This document shows positions 1 to 12,568 of a DNA stretch of 64,000 bases, one piece after another; within the stretch, counting starts at the first letter, position 1, and each line of letters begins with the position of its first letter. The DNA comes from Eledone cirrhosa. Lineage: Eukaryota. The translations under genes and the position numbers were made by a program. The notes under the pieces were generated by a model. The model made no database searches and was not told the origin of the DNA. It saw nothing but the letters and a program-made list of their open reading frames with translations. Location of the stretch: NCBI GenBank assembly GCA_964016885.1, contig OZ024757.1, positions 30,318,001-30,382,000 on the forward strand, in the 5' to 3' direction.

Positions 1-297
1 TACGACATTTTGATATTTCTTTTGAGAAAAATATCTTAACATCAGTATGAGTAGCAAGTTACTGCCAGTTTGAATAAAAAGAGGTGAGAGAATTCTGGCT
101 GGATACAGCCTGTTTAAATGCTAAAGGGTTAAGAAACATATAACAAACAAAAGGAGTGTGATGTGTGGGTAACATCTACCTCACACACTCCTCTTTGAAA
201 TGACTAGAAAATATATACTACCATCACACACTACCAACACCACTACAACTACCTGTCATGTATGATATTAACCAGTAAATTATCTTTGTCATTGCAG

Positions 298-428
298 TCT
301 GAAGATCTGTTCACATCAATAGAGTCATATGAAGGTAAACCTCTCAAGCTGTATGTCTACAACACAGAATCAGACAGTTGTCGTGAAGTGACCATCACCC
401 CAAATAACCAGTGGGATAGAGAGCGAAG
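298..428 (+). pseudogene. GORASP2: Isolated GORASP (GRASP55/65) PDZ2 exon, probably degenerate, antisense to ATP13A1
   Basis: ttgcAG acceptor and AG|gtaatt donor. Translates to [43 protein letters not shown], resembling GRASP55 [36 protein letters not shown], with WGGEG changed to WDRER. Confidence 0.8.
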
Positions 429-1695
429 GTAATTATCAAAAAATCTTAACCCTTTTGATATCAAACTGCCTGAAACTGCCCTAGCTTCTACAATACAAAA
501 CTGCTTATTTTGATGTGTATATATTTATCTACTTATTGTAATTTTATGTAAAAACCTTCTTTAAGTTATGTTCCAAACACCAGCCTAATAATGAGAAAGT
601 CAGTTTATTAAATCCCATCAAATTTTTTATTAATCCCTTTGATACTAATCTATCTAAAACTACCCCCTGGTTCTATAATACAAAACTACTTGTTTTAAAG
701 TGTTTATACCTATCTAAAAAGTTTCTATCATAATTTTGTATAAAAGGTTGATAACGAAAAAGTTAGTTATTTTACCAAATCCCTTCCAATTCAAGATTGA
801 TAATTTTGATACCAAACCACCTAAAACTGCCCCTAGTTCTACAATGCAAAGTTGTTTAACCCTTTCGCATTTACATTACTCTATATATACTATTGTATTT
901 TAATGGTAAAGGCTTTATCTCACATAATATCGAATCTAAGAGATTTTGATATTTGTTTTGAGAACAAAACCTTAATATAAGTGGCTGGTTTGAACAGAAA
1001 GAGGTGAGAGAATTCTGGCCAATTTAACCCTTTAGCATTAACTGTAATGTGGCCGTGTAGGTAACACGGTAAAGACCTCCCAGTCCACACTGTAAACGTG
1101 GTTGGTGTTAGGAAGGGCATCCAGCCGTAGAAAACCCGCCAGACAGTCCTATACGAGCAAGACAACCAATCTTGCCTCACGTGGGACAATTCCCGTCTAA
1201 ACCCATGCTAGCGTGGAAGATAGACGTTAAATGATGATGATGATTACTCTATATATACTATTGTATTTTCACTGTAAAGGCTTTACCTCACCTAATATCG
1301 AATCTACAGTCCTGATATATATATATATATTTAACTAAAACAACAAAAGGCCGGATTTGTAGATATCCCTTTAAAATTTTATTGTTGCAAAAAAAAACAC
1401 CATATCTCAATGGCATAGTTATGTAAGACCCTGGCGACATCATCAGGTCTGAATTGCACAGTTAATTAACCAATAAAAGGAATTACGGCAAATACAAACA
1501 GAGAAGAGAGAATATATTTGATTTGGAGCTGGCCAACGAATTTGGTGTTATTGTTGCAGCCGAATGCTTGAACATCACACATACATACATCAAGCCTGTC
1601 ATGTTTATCTTATATAATGAAATTCTCAATGAACAATAATGTAGCTGACCCCACATGATTTCCTATATAACTACAATCTAATTAGGGTCACTTAC

Positions 1696-1769
1696 CTCTG
1701 ATTTTTTATATCTTTTCTTCTCTATTTTTTCTGGGAATCTTTCTGGGCCATTTGCTACAAGTGCAACGC
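1696..1769 (-). CDS. ATP13A1: ATP13A1 exon 20 (gene continues beyond window start)
   Basis: GVALVANGPERFPEKIEKKRYKKSE. acAG/GTaagt. Confidence 0.88.
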
Positions 1770-2600
1770 CTGTGATAAGAAAATATTAAATAAGAAAAAA
1801 TTTATTATAATGGTTTCTGATTTAGGCACAAGACTAACTATTTTGGGGAGAGGGGAAAGTCGATTAAATCAGCCCCTGTGCATTACTGGTGCTTTATTTT
1901 ATCGACCCTGTAAGGATGAAAGGCAAAGCTAACCTCGGTGGGATTTGAACTCAGAACGTAAACGCCTTCACAAACAATCTATAGAGATACCATCAATAAG
2001 AGGAGGGTGGGTAAAAAGTTCAACAAGGCATTTTGGCATGGATTGGACAGGTTGGAAAACCTCATTTTACTCATATGTTCAAACTTTTGGCATGGATTCT
2101 ACAGCTGCAGGCCTTTCTTAAAGCCAACCACTTTACAGTGTGTATTGGGTATACTTTAGGAATAGAGAAGGTTGTTAACAGGACCAGAGGGATCATATTA
2201 TCACCATTTAATATCCATTTTCCCTGCTAGCAAGAGTTGGATAGGTTGTCATAGACTGAGTCAGAATTCAAGTGGAGCTACTCACTGCTCAGAGGGGCGA
2301 GGGGCCTGCATCTTGCTTACACATGTTTCTGCACTCTACCGAGTGCTTAGACGGGTTTGGGGTCCACATCTCGCTTACACATATTGCCACACTCTACCAA
2401 ATACGTTTTATTGTGGCACCAGCACCAAGGAGGTTGTCATGTCTTTGACACAGCTGAAGAGCCCGCCTCCCAAACTGTTTGTTTGGCAGGTTCTCCATCT
2501 AAATGCCCTTCCTATCACCAGCCACTTTACGAGAAGGCTCAGTCAAGAAAGGGAGCTATCTAGCAATAAAACCGGAAAGCCAATATGAAATATTCCTCAC

Positions 2601-2697
2601 CAACATCTGCATGTTTCAATGCTCCGACATCATTTGTTCCGTCTCCACACATGAGTGTAATAAAGCCAATATCTTTGAAGAGGGTGATAATAAACTC
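2601..2697 (-). CDS. ATP13A1: ATP13A1 exon 19 (GDGTND hinge)
   Basis: [32 protein letters not shown]. Confidence 0.96.
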
Positions 2698-2786
2698 CTG
2701 CCAATGCAAACAAAGGTAAAACAGAATAAAATTAGGGAGCATAATACAGAATTATCATTTTAAGTTTATATTATTAATTGATAGTA

Positions 2787-2990
2787 TACTTTACAGTGTG
2801 GGCTGAAGGATTTTCATTGTGACACCTACACGACGACTTTACAGTGTGGGCTGGGGGCTTTTCATTGTGACAACTACATGACCACTTTACAGTGTGGACT
2901 GGCGGCTTTTCATTGAGACACCTACACGACGACTTTACAGAGTGGGCTGGGGGTTTTTCATCGTGACACCTACACAATCACTTTACAGTG
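2787..2990. repeat. Tandem ~49-bp minisatellite derived from the SINE internal unit
   Basis: ACTTTACAGTGTGGGCTG...GTGACACCTACACGACG, about 4 copies. Confidence 0.85.
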
Positions 2991-3477
2991 AGGGTTGGTA
3001 GATCTAGGGGTGTTTATGAGGGAGCAGGGAGTGCAGGTGTGGGTGGAGTGTTAGGACATGGGAGGTGGAAGAGGGGTAGGGTTGTTAGGGCGTGGAGGTA
3101 TATGGAAGAGAGTGCATACAAGATGTCTGCTTCGACCTGTGCACACGAGAAGGCAGAGCAAAATATATTATTAGTTGATAGTATAAGAGTAAAGTATATA
3201 CAATATTACACCTTCAAACAAAACTACCTTGACAAAAACATAAACGCCAGAACATAGGAAATTAACTCACAAATCAATCAATCATTCAATCTATCAATTT
3301 TCTAACGGTTATTTCACAAGAAACAAACAAACAACCAATCAATCGGATCTGCACAATACATGCCAGGACAGTCCATTGACTGGGATTGATAAAACAGTAT
3401 CAAAGTTGATCAAATTGACCCCCCCTCCCCACCTCTCCTTCAATACCCTTTCTATATGTTAAAAATCAATAATTTAC

Positions 3478-3570
3478 CTTCTGTTTTGGTGCCACACGAG
3501 CAAAAACCTTCACGTTAGGAAGTAGGGTTTTCATAAGAATAGGATTTAACGTTTGAAGATGAGATATACT
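3478..3570 (-). CDS. ATP13A1: ATP13A1 exon 18
   Basis: LLPNVKVFARVAPKQK. Confidence 0.94.
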
Positions 3571-3664
3571 CTGTTGAAGAAGAAGAAGAAATAGATTTTT
3601 TAAAATATTCATAGATAAAATTATTCTCAGGTCCCAAACAATAGTTAACCCTTTAGCATTTACA

Positions 3665-3886
3665 TTAATATTACCTGTCTAGAGCAGATAAGACATCAAT
3701 ACAAATTAACTTTACCTGACTAGAGCAGATAATACATCAATACAAATTAATATTACCGATCTAGAGCAGGTAATACATCAATACAAAATAGCTTTACCTG
3801 TCTAGAGCAGGTAAGATATCAATGAAAATTAATATTACCTGTCCAGAACAAGTAAGACATCAATAGAAAGTAACTTTACCTGTCCA
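3665..3886. repeat. 41-bp tandem repeat overlapping the exon 17 donor
   Basis: TTACC recurs at 3671, 3712, 3753, 3794, 3835 and 3876. Confidence 0.9.
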
Positions 3887-3986
3887 GTGACACACAAATC
3901 GTATTCCTTTATCATTTTCCGCAAGTTTGCCATTCCTAAATTAAAAACTATTGAATCATCAATTGATTGCCAATGCCACACCTCAG
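3880..3986 (-). CDS. ATP13A1: ATP13A1 exon 17
   Basis: EVWHWQSIDDS...EYDLCVTGQ. Confidence 0.9.
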
Positions 3987-4627
3987 CTGTAAATAAAAGG
4001 TAGAAATAAAAGAGAAACTTTAGAGATACCTGAACAAGATAAACTTCAAAGGTCTGAAATGTGTTATCGTTAAAAAGTTTATAATATTTCAGACAATTAA
4101 CCCTTTAGCATTTACATTTCTCTATATATACTATTATATTTTCATGGTAAACACTTTATCTCACATTATATCGAATCTATGAGATTTTGATATTTATTTT
4201 GAGAACAATACCTTAAGTATGAGCAGCCGGTTACAGCCAGTTTGAACAGAAAGAGGTGAGAGAATTCAGGCCGGATATGGGCAGTTTAAATGCTAAAGGG
4301 TTAAGCTCATCTTTTGTCTAACAGTTTTCATATGAACCCATTGGTTTATGATACACACAACTCTCAGCTCATTCATGTTTTGTAGTTCATACACATTAAC
4401 CTGCTACATCCAGTGCCAGATTTACCATTATGCTTAAGCACAGAGTCTTATTGCCCCGTGGGGTGGAGGGTGGGGTGCACTTTCCTGCCCCCAATTTTTT
4501 TTTACCGCCTTCAGGGCCCAAGTAAGGGGCCTCATTTGTCCTAAATCCGGCACTGCTTACATCCATTGAAGCATGCTTGCTTCATTTCTCTTTCCAGCCT
4601 TCATATATCCCCTAGACTTAATGCTAC

Positions 4628-4832
4628 CCATGGTTCACTTTTATGCAACACCGTACTTCACACACCAGCATCATACAGCTGGCCTTTGAGTTCGAACCCA
4701 TGGTTCACTTTTATGCAACACTGTACTTCACACACCAGCATCATACAGCTGGCCTTTGAGTTCGAACCCATGGTTCACTTTTATGCAACACCGAACTACA
4801 CACAACGACATCACACAGCCAGCCTTTGAGTT
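4628..4832. repeat. 70-bp tandem repeat, 3 copies
   Basis: CCATGGTTCACTTTTATGCAACAC at 4628, 4698 and 4768. Confidence 0.9.
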
Positions 4833-4880
4833 TGTAGAATGAAATAGAAATAAAATAACAACAATCAACAAACAACTTAC

Positions 4881-4989
4881 AGTGAACATTGGGAGGTTGT
4901 AATACCAGTGTGTGGTCACTTTGTGTGATTCTCAACTCCTGAGCAACGTGGCAGGCCGTTAATGGGTTATCACCTGTTATCATAACAAC
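4881..4989 (-). CDS. ATP13A1: ATP13A1 exon 16 (TGDN)
   Basis: [19 protein letters not shown]. Confidence 0.95.
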
Positions 4990-6451
4990 CTACACAACAT
5001 TAAAACATACAATTTTAAACTAAAACATTTCATTGAAAAAAAAAAGCAGCAAAAATAAAATCATGCAATTTATTAAATCTTATCATAAATCACACATACA
5101 TACATATGAGTCTATGTGTGTGGGAGGGTTTATATATACACACATACATATATATATATATATATAGGAAAATGTTTAACCCCGACGGCAGAGCTCCGCC
5201 GTTGGGGTCAAACATTTTCCTATTACCCACTCTACTACCCTAAGTATTGAGTACTCTGGTGCATTATGGTCCATCTGGTTCCTTACCACACTTCCTTCGT
5301 TATATATATATATAGCCATACTTTACTACCCCAAATATCAAATATTCTGTTGCATAAGGGTCTAATTAGTTTAAAATATATATCGGAATATGAGTGAAAT
5401 CCTTGGTACAGTTACGTATATTTAAAAAAAGGAAAAGAATGACTTCACTTGTGGTTCTAAACAATTTAATTTAATTTTATATTATAATTTTACAATTTTG
5501 ATTTGTTGATCTACTAAGTTCTTTGTTATCTTTGATAGGGATATATATATACATATCATCATCACCCCTGCTAGAAATAGTAGCCAAATGTTCTCAAATT
5601 TTTTAACTTTGTTGTACGCATGTGATGTTCTGTATGAATGCTGTATTTTGTCACAGGCCTATGCATAATTATTTTGCTGTCATTCTTGTGAATCGAACTG
5701 CTCAATCTACAAAAGGTTTTTTGCGGAGGAGAAGAGTGGCAATGATCAATCACCAACTTACAATCACCCTAGTCCCGACTTACAAGCACCCTATAGTCTC
5801 GACTTACAAGCACCCTATAGTCTCGACTTGGTGTTCAAGTTATTAAAGCAACATCTTTGAAAATTTGTTTCCGCTTCATTAGAAGAGGTGGTAGATGAAT
5901 CATTGCACTGGTTTTGACAATTGTTGAAGGAACGGCTCCGGAAAGAGTTAAATGCTTTGCATAAACTCACTGTAAATGAGGTTGGTGTTAGGAAGGGCAT
6001 TCAGCTGTAAAAATCAAGCCAGAATCAGTTCCTGTATGAGCAAGACAAGGTCAGCCGACTGGACACTGCCCACAACAGGACAACCCGTCTAACCCATGCT
6101 AGCGTGGAAGAACGGACGTAAAACGGTGATGATGATGAAACATTGTAAAGATATTATTGCATTCAATGGAGATTATGTTTTGCAGAATAAATAAATTTTA
6201 GTTTCAATATGTCATGCATTTTTCATTTAAAGGGTTATTCTAAAGATTTTATTGCCACGCCAAGTAGTTTTTTTTGTAGAATTTGAACTGAGAATGGGGA
6301 GTGATATAAAATGCTTTCTTCATTTAAAACAAAACAAAAAGAGAGAAAACCTGGATGAAATGGGGTGGGGTTGAGTGTAGAGATATTTGAATAACTAATT
6401 AGATATTTGAATAATTAATTAGATATTTGAATAATTAATCATTCAACTTAC

Positions 6452-6577
6452 ATGATGAGAAGATTGCTGAATTTCTTTGATAACAGAGTGGGAGTCACAC
6501 TTGAGTGGGCAGGAAATTATTACGAATCCAGCAAATTGTAAATTACATTCAGCATTGTCTCTGCTTAGTTCTCGAAC
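6452..6577 (-). CDS. ATP13A1: ATP13A1 exon 15
   Basis: VRELSRDNAECNLQFAGFVIISCPLKCDSHSVIKEIQQSSHH. Confidence 0.93.
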
Positions 6578-7028
6578 CTTTTCAAATAAAAAATAACAAA
6601 TGATGAATAAATACTCATAATAATGATTTCTACTATAGGCACAAGGCCAACAATTTTGAAGAGAGGGGAAAGTTGATTGAATCAACCCCAGTGCATTACT
6701 GGTGCTTTATTTTATTGACTCCATATGGATGAAAGGCAAAGCTAACCTAGGAGGGGTTTGAACTCAGAATGTAAAAAGCCGTGACTCTATGCCACAAACA
6801 TGGTGTCTGGAGCTCTACTGATACTGCCAATCCACCACCCTAATAATAATAATATAATATCTATTAATTATACAAGGGTCGGCTAATGGGAAATTTCTTA
6901 ATAATTATATATATATATTTCTTCCATATACCGTACCATTTGTGTTGTTATTTCTGTTTACCTTTTAAATACACATATATATATATATTTCTACTACTTT
7001 AACGTCGCTTGAAATAGCAGGAAGAGAA

Positions 7029-7064
7029 TCTCAACGTTTCAGGCACTAGTCCTTCATCAGAAGA
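7029..7064 (-). ncRNA. Minimal type-I hammerhead ribozyme (family B)
   Basis: TCTT-CTGATGA-AGGACTAGTGCCT-GAA-ACGT-T-GAGA. Related damaged copies at about 16080-16115, 27480-27515 and 62463-62497. Confidence 0.7.
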
Positions 7065-7493
7065 TAGAATTAGAAATAGAAGATAAATAGAAAGTAAAGT
7101 GATAAGAGGACAGAATAGAGAAAAATGACCCTTGTATAATTAATAGATATAATATTATTATTCATTTGTTATATACATATATGCATATATATATTATATA
7201 TACGAGGGTTGGTGGAAAATTCATAGGCTGACTAGGATACTCTCATGGTATGACCAAATGAGGTTTATTTTTCAACAGTCCCTAGAAAGAAACAATGCAG
7301 TTATTAATAAGAAGAGTTGAAATTAGTGCATGCAAGATTTCACAGCTCTAGCATCACTCCATATTTGGCCTATGAACTTTTCAGCAGACCCTTGTTACAT
7401 ATATTATATTATCTTATTATAAAACTGCTATGTAAGAAGTAAAACAAAAAAACAACAACCCCCCAAAAGGTAACAAGTAGTTGTAGGTCATAC

Positions 7494-7604
7494 CTGTTGG
7501 TGAGTCAAAATCCCTATAGTTTTATGGCCCAAAGCCAAAACCCTTGCGCCCCTTCGGGCCATGGCCAAATACACTTCATCATAGTCTTTGGGAGGATTTT
7601 GAAA
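7494..7604 (-). CDS. ATP13A1: ATP13A1 exon 14
   Basis: FQNPPKDYDEVYLAMARRGARVLALGHKTIGILTHQQ. Confidence 0.94.
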
Positions 7605-8828
7605 CTGTAAAATAAATAAATACAATTATGTTACAATATGAATAAGAGTGATATAGAGATTATAAGCACCAAATTAAGTGATATTAACATCATCATCATT
7701 TAACACTTTCCCTTCTAGCAATGGTTGGATGGGTCGTCAGCAGACCTGGTTGGTACTCAAGAAGAGCTACTGGCCCCCATGGATGAGCCAGAAGCCTGCA
7801 TTTCACTTACATATCACAGTGCCGAATTTAGGTCAACTGAGACTCCTTACTTAAGCCCTGAAGCAGGTAAAAATATTTTTTGGTAGGAAGATGGGCGCTC
7901 ATGGCCAACGGGACCATGTGCTTAAACACACCTAAACACAATAGTATATCCGACACTGCATACCATCCTACAGTAGAGCAAATGCTCAAATAGGCTAGTG
8001 GCCCCCACAGCTTGCTTGCATACAATCATGCGCATGACTGAGTACATTTTATTGTGAAACCAACACTAGGGAGGTTGTCATGTCTTTGACACAGCTGAAG
8101 AGCCACTCTGACTCTCAGAAGAATAAAATGCATACTGATGAGTGCCTTGCATTATTGTCTCTGAAATTGGTGCTAATAATGGGTTTGATAATGTCTCTAA
8201 TAATGAGTCTGATAATGCCTTATTTTAGTGCTAATAATGTCCTATTTTAGTACTGATAATGATTAATGATTCTAATATTGGGCTGATCATGCGTTATTTT
8301 AATGCTAAACTGTTTCTAATATTAGGGCTGATAATGTCTCTCCTAATGAACCTGATAATGCTGTATTTTAGTACTGATAATGTCTCTAATAATAGGTCTG
8401 AAAATGTCCTATTTTAGTGTTAATAATGTCTTATTTTAGTGCTAATGTTTCTAATAATGGGTTTTCATAATATATCTAACATTGGGACTGATAATAATGT
8501 AATATAAGAATAAATACTATCACAATAGCATTTTATCCAATACTCTACCATTTCTGCTAATCCACTGCCCTAATGTAGGAATTAGTATTGATTTCTAAAT
8601 TTAGGGAAAGGGCCAAAATTGATCAAATCAACCCCAACACTTGACTGGTACTTTATTTTATCAATCCCGGTAGGACGAAAGGCAAAGTTGATCGATCTTG
8701 ACCAGATTTGAACACAGAATGTTAAGAGCCAGAACAAATACTGCAGCAATGGCATTTTCTCTGACGCTCTACCAATTCAGCCAATAATCCACCACCCTGT
8801 CCATCAAAAGATAATGTTATTAACATAC

Positions 8829-9001
8829 CATAGCTTTGAGTGTTTCTGGTGCTCCCTTGACAGTAGCAATATATTCAGTCTCACCAGCATTGGCAGTGTA
8901 GCCAGCTATCACAGACATTCTTTTTAATGCACTTGAAAAATGGAAACGCTGGAAGATTTTCAATCCATGGGTTTTTATTTTTGTTGGTATGACGGCATCA
9001 T
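8829..9001 (-). CDS. ATP13A1: ATP13A1 exon 13 (N domain)
   Basis: [18 protein letters not shown]...[12 protein letters not shown]. Confidence 0.95.
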
Positions 9002-9208
9002 CTATAAATACAGAATTCACTATGTATGGTATGTATATTTGTGTGTGTGTATGTGTTTATATCATCATCATTTTATGCCTACTTTTCCTTAGTTGCAAGG
9101 GCACAGCATATCTCCATTTGTCACGGTCCTTCGTCATCGCCTCTGTGAGCTTCAGCGATCTGAGGCTAGCTCTCACCACCTCTACCCATGTTTTTTATGG
9201 TCTTGTCT

Positions 9209-9252
<44 letters not shown>

Positions 9253-10550
9253 AACAGATTTTTTTTAAAGACATCTCTCTAGGAGAAGGTCACTCTGATA
9301 TAAAACCTGTGACTTCATTTGCATCCAATGATGTAGACCAGTTCTTCTTTTTGGGTAAATGCATTTGATGTCCAGAGAGTGGGATTGGCCCCGTGCAAAG
9401 CCTTTCCTCACTTACAAAAGCTTCCAGCACAGGCATCACTTGATATGTGACATTTTTTGCGATGCATGTTATTGCTGGCCATAGGCAAGTCCCTAGCAGG
9501 GTTAAAAGCCATGTTCGTGATGCTCTTGCTTAATTATCAAGCGATGGCATTACTCGAAATCAAGTTTGCAGCCATCATATATATCATCATCATTTCATTT
9601 TTATGTCCGCTTTTCCCTGCTTGCAAGGGTGGGACGGAAACTGATTCTGGATTGATTTCTACAGCTGGATGCCCTTCCTAACACCAACCTCATTTACAGT
9701 GAGTGCTGGGTGCTTTTTTGACGTGGCACCTCCACGACCACTTTGCAGTGGAATGATAGGGACCCCAGTCCTATCATCTCATTTCTACAGCTGAGTAAAC
9801 TGGAGTAATGTGAAATAAAGTGTCTTGCTCAAGGAAACAACACATCACCCGGTCTGAGAATTGAACTCACAACCTTTCGATTGCAAGGCCAATGTTCTAA
9901 CCACTAAACCATGTACCTCTATATATATATACATATCAGAATGCAAACAGTTTGAAATTGGCTAGACCATTACTCAACAGAGTACTTGATACTTGGGGTA
10001 GTAGAGTATGGTTATATTATAAAGAGTCAGGACCCGACAGCTGAGTTCTTGCTGTTTCAACAGCTAGTTTCAGACCAACTAGCTGTTGAAATGGCAAGAG
10101 CTCAGCTGTCAGATGAAACTCTTTATAATATATATATATGTATATATATATAAAACAATTGTCATCACCACTTAACATCTATTTTCCATGCTTGCATGGG
10201 TTAGATGGGTTGTCATATTTTGAGGTTGGACAAGTCAGGTAACCATGTCTTCCTCGAATGTTACGTTTTTTGCTTGGATTTTATGGCTGGATGCCCTTCC
10301 CAACACCATCCACTCTACACCATGTACTGGGAACATTTATCATGACTACCATCTTACTGGGTGGACTGGGTGCTTTTTTTCGTGGCACCACCACTACTAC
10401 TTTACAGTGCAAACTGGTTGATTTTCTGATGGCACCTGCACTACTGCCTTACAGTGTGGACTGGGTGATTTTCTTGGTGAGACCAGCACAACCACTTTAC
10501 AGAATGGGCTGGGTGTATTTAGGCTTTGTGTAAAGAAATGTGCAACTCAC

Positions 10551-10702
10551 TCCTTGTTAATTTCCACTCAACTGCAGACAGAGTAGCTTTTTCCAGAGGA
10601 TCTCCTATAAGTTCATCTTCCATTTGGACTAGGGAATGGCATGTTGCCAGAACCTGGTTGGTTGTTATAGGAGATGACAAAGTTGGCACCAGTTTTTTAC
10701 CA
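10551..10702 (-). CDS. ATP13A1: ATP13A1 exon 12
   Basis: QVLATCHSLVQMEDELIGDPLEKATLSAVEWKLTR. Confidence 0.94.
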
Positions 10703-10780
10703 CTTTATATGCAAAAGAAAGAAGGGTGGAAAAAACGTTAATATTATGTAAAGCTACAACTGAAATAATAATTTCTTCTT

Positions 10781-10985
10781 TAACCCTTTAGCATTTAAAC
10801 CGGCCATATCCGGCCAGAATTCTCTCACCCCTTTCTGTTCAAACCGGCCACTCATACTGATATTATGGTATTGCTCTCAAAATAAAAAATAATCAAAATC
10901 TCATAGATTTGATATTATGTGAGATGAAGCCTTTACCGTGAAAATATAATAGTATATAAAGAGTAATGTAAATGCTAAAGGGTTA
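10781..10985. mobile_element. piggyBac-type MITE (~205 bp), multi-copy
   Basis: TTAA-CCCTTTAGCATT...AATGCTAAAGGG-TTAA. Other copies at about 1-131, 857-1040, 4098-4304, 12773-13428, 42330-42525, 44657-44880, 45482-45802, 52100-52717, 56319-56636 and 59245-59440. Confidence 0.85.
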
Positions 10986-11017
10986 ATGTTAAAATATAAC
11001 AAGCAAAGAAAACTTAC

Positions 11018-11138
11018 TTTAGTCCAGCCACACCTTCCACAACTAAAGAATCACTGGTTAATGTTCCAGTTTTATCAAAGCAGCAGATATCCAGTTTCCC
11101 AGCAGATGGAATTCGGAATGGTTCTGTACAGTAAATAT
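11018..11138 (-). CDS. ATP13A1: ATP13A1 exon 11 (phosphorylation site)
   Basis: [39 protein letters not shown]. Confidence 0.96.
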
Positions 11139-11199
11139 CTGGCAAGAGACAAGAGAATCACAAAGACATTATTTCAACAATATACTTTAACTCACCATG

Positions 11200-11600
11200 A
11201 CCTCCACCACCAAAAACAAAGACAACTATAACACCCACAGGCTGTATATGACAACAACACCAACAACACAACACACATAGGTTGTGTATAGACTGTGTCT
11301 CCTGTGGTACTACATACAACAACCTTCTTCGATAATAACAACACCCACAACACACATAGGCTGTATGACAACACCAACAACACAACACTCATAGGCTGTA
11401 TATGATAACACCAACAACACAACACACACATAGGCTGTAAATGACAACACCACCAACAACACAACACACATAGGCTGTATATAGACAGTGTCTGCAGTTG
11501 TACTAAATAAAACAACCTTCTTCGATAACAACAACACCCACAACATACATAGTCTGTATATAGACAGTATCTGCAGTGGTACTTCACATAACACACTTCT
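11200..11600. repeat. Degenerate AC-rich minisatellite
   Basis: CATAGGCTGTAT..GACAACACCAACAACACAACAC units. Confidence 0.8.
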
Positions 11601-11684
11601 TGGTTATGACAGGTGACTGGCAAAATATACAAAAGAGAACAAAGAAAGAAACAAACAAGACACCAAACCCCCCAAAAAACTTAC

Positions 11685-11822
11685 TGAATTTAATGAGGGC
11701 TAACAGTGAAGTGTTGACCGCCAGAGACAGTTCTATGGGTAGTTCTGGTGGAACAACTGAGGTTAAAATTATGGCACATTCCAAAAATAACTTGTATCTA
11801 TTTCTATCAGGGTCCATTGTTC
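11685..11822 (-). CDS. ATP13A1: ATP13A1 exon 10 (TM4)
   Basis: [31 protein letters not shown], with the P5A PPELPxE signature. Confidence 0.96.
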
Positions 11823-12246
11823 CTATAAACGAAAAGTTAAAATTATATTTATACATATATTATATACATATATATATATAGTAGTAGTAGCAATAATAAA
11901 TACAAAGACTAAAATTCAGAGAGGACAAGATACAGGTTGTATATATAATAGAAAATGGACATTAAACAATGATGATGTAAGTATATATATAAACCTATAG
12001 AGCAAATATTTATTATATGCACAGATTAAAAGTTTAAGTAAACAATTTCCTACTTCAGAGTGAAAGCAGAAACTGTTTGCTTAAGCTTTTAATCTCTGTT
12101 ATTAATAAATATATTTGCCCAATCCGATGATGATATACATACAATACATATATCATCATCATCATTTTACGTCTGCTTTTCCTTGCTTGCAAGGGTGAGG
12201 CGAGTCCTTTTCAGCACATCATCTCTCCATTTGTGACTGTCCTTCG

Positions 12247-12337
<91 letters not shown>

Positions 12338-12388
12338 AATTCATTTTTGTTAAGGATAACTTTTTAGAAAAAAATATAATTTATTTAC

Positions 12389-12568
12389 CATAAATCCAAA
12401 CATAGGCAGCAGCAATTATTGCAAAGAACAGCAAAAAGAGGATGAAGAAAAACGTTTCTAAATTATTTGCAGTTAAATGCTTGGTGCCGTATAAAATGGT
12501 TCGGAGAAGTTTTCCCTGAGATGTATTAAAGCTGTGATGTAAGACGTAAGCGATACACATATTGTCAC
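12389..12568 (-). CDS. ATP13A1: ATP13A1 exon 9 (TM3)
   Basis: [27 protein letters not shown]...[15 protein letters not shown]. Confidence 0.94.

Noticed and set aside
2787-4832. Regularly spaced repeats as a possible CRISPR array
   Set aside because: Eukaryotic introns, tandem units without unique spacers, and no cas genes.
8135-8175. CTGATGA...GAAA hammerhead-like spacing
   Set aside because: No helix I, II or III pairing. It lies in a degenerate CTGATAATG repeat.
11158-11632. Cys/Val-rich ORFs
   Set aside because: Translations of an intronic minisatellite.
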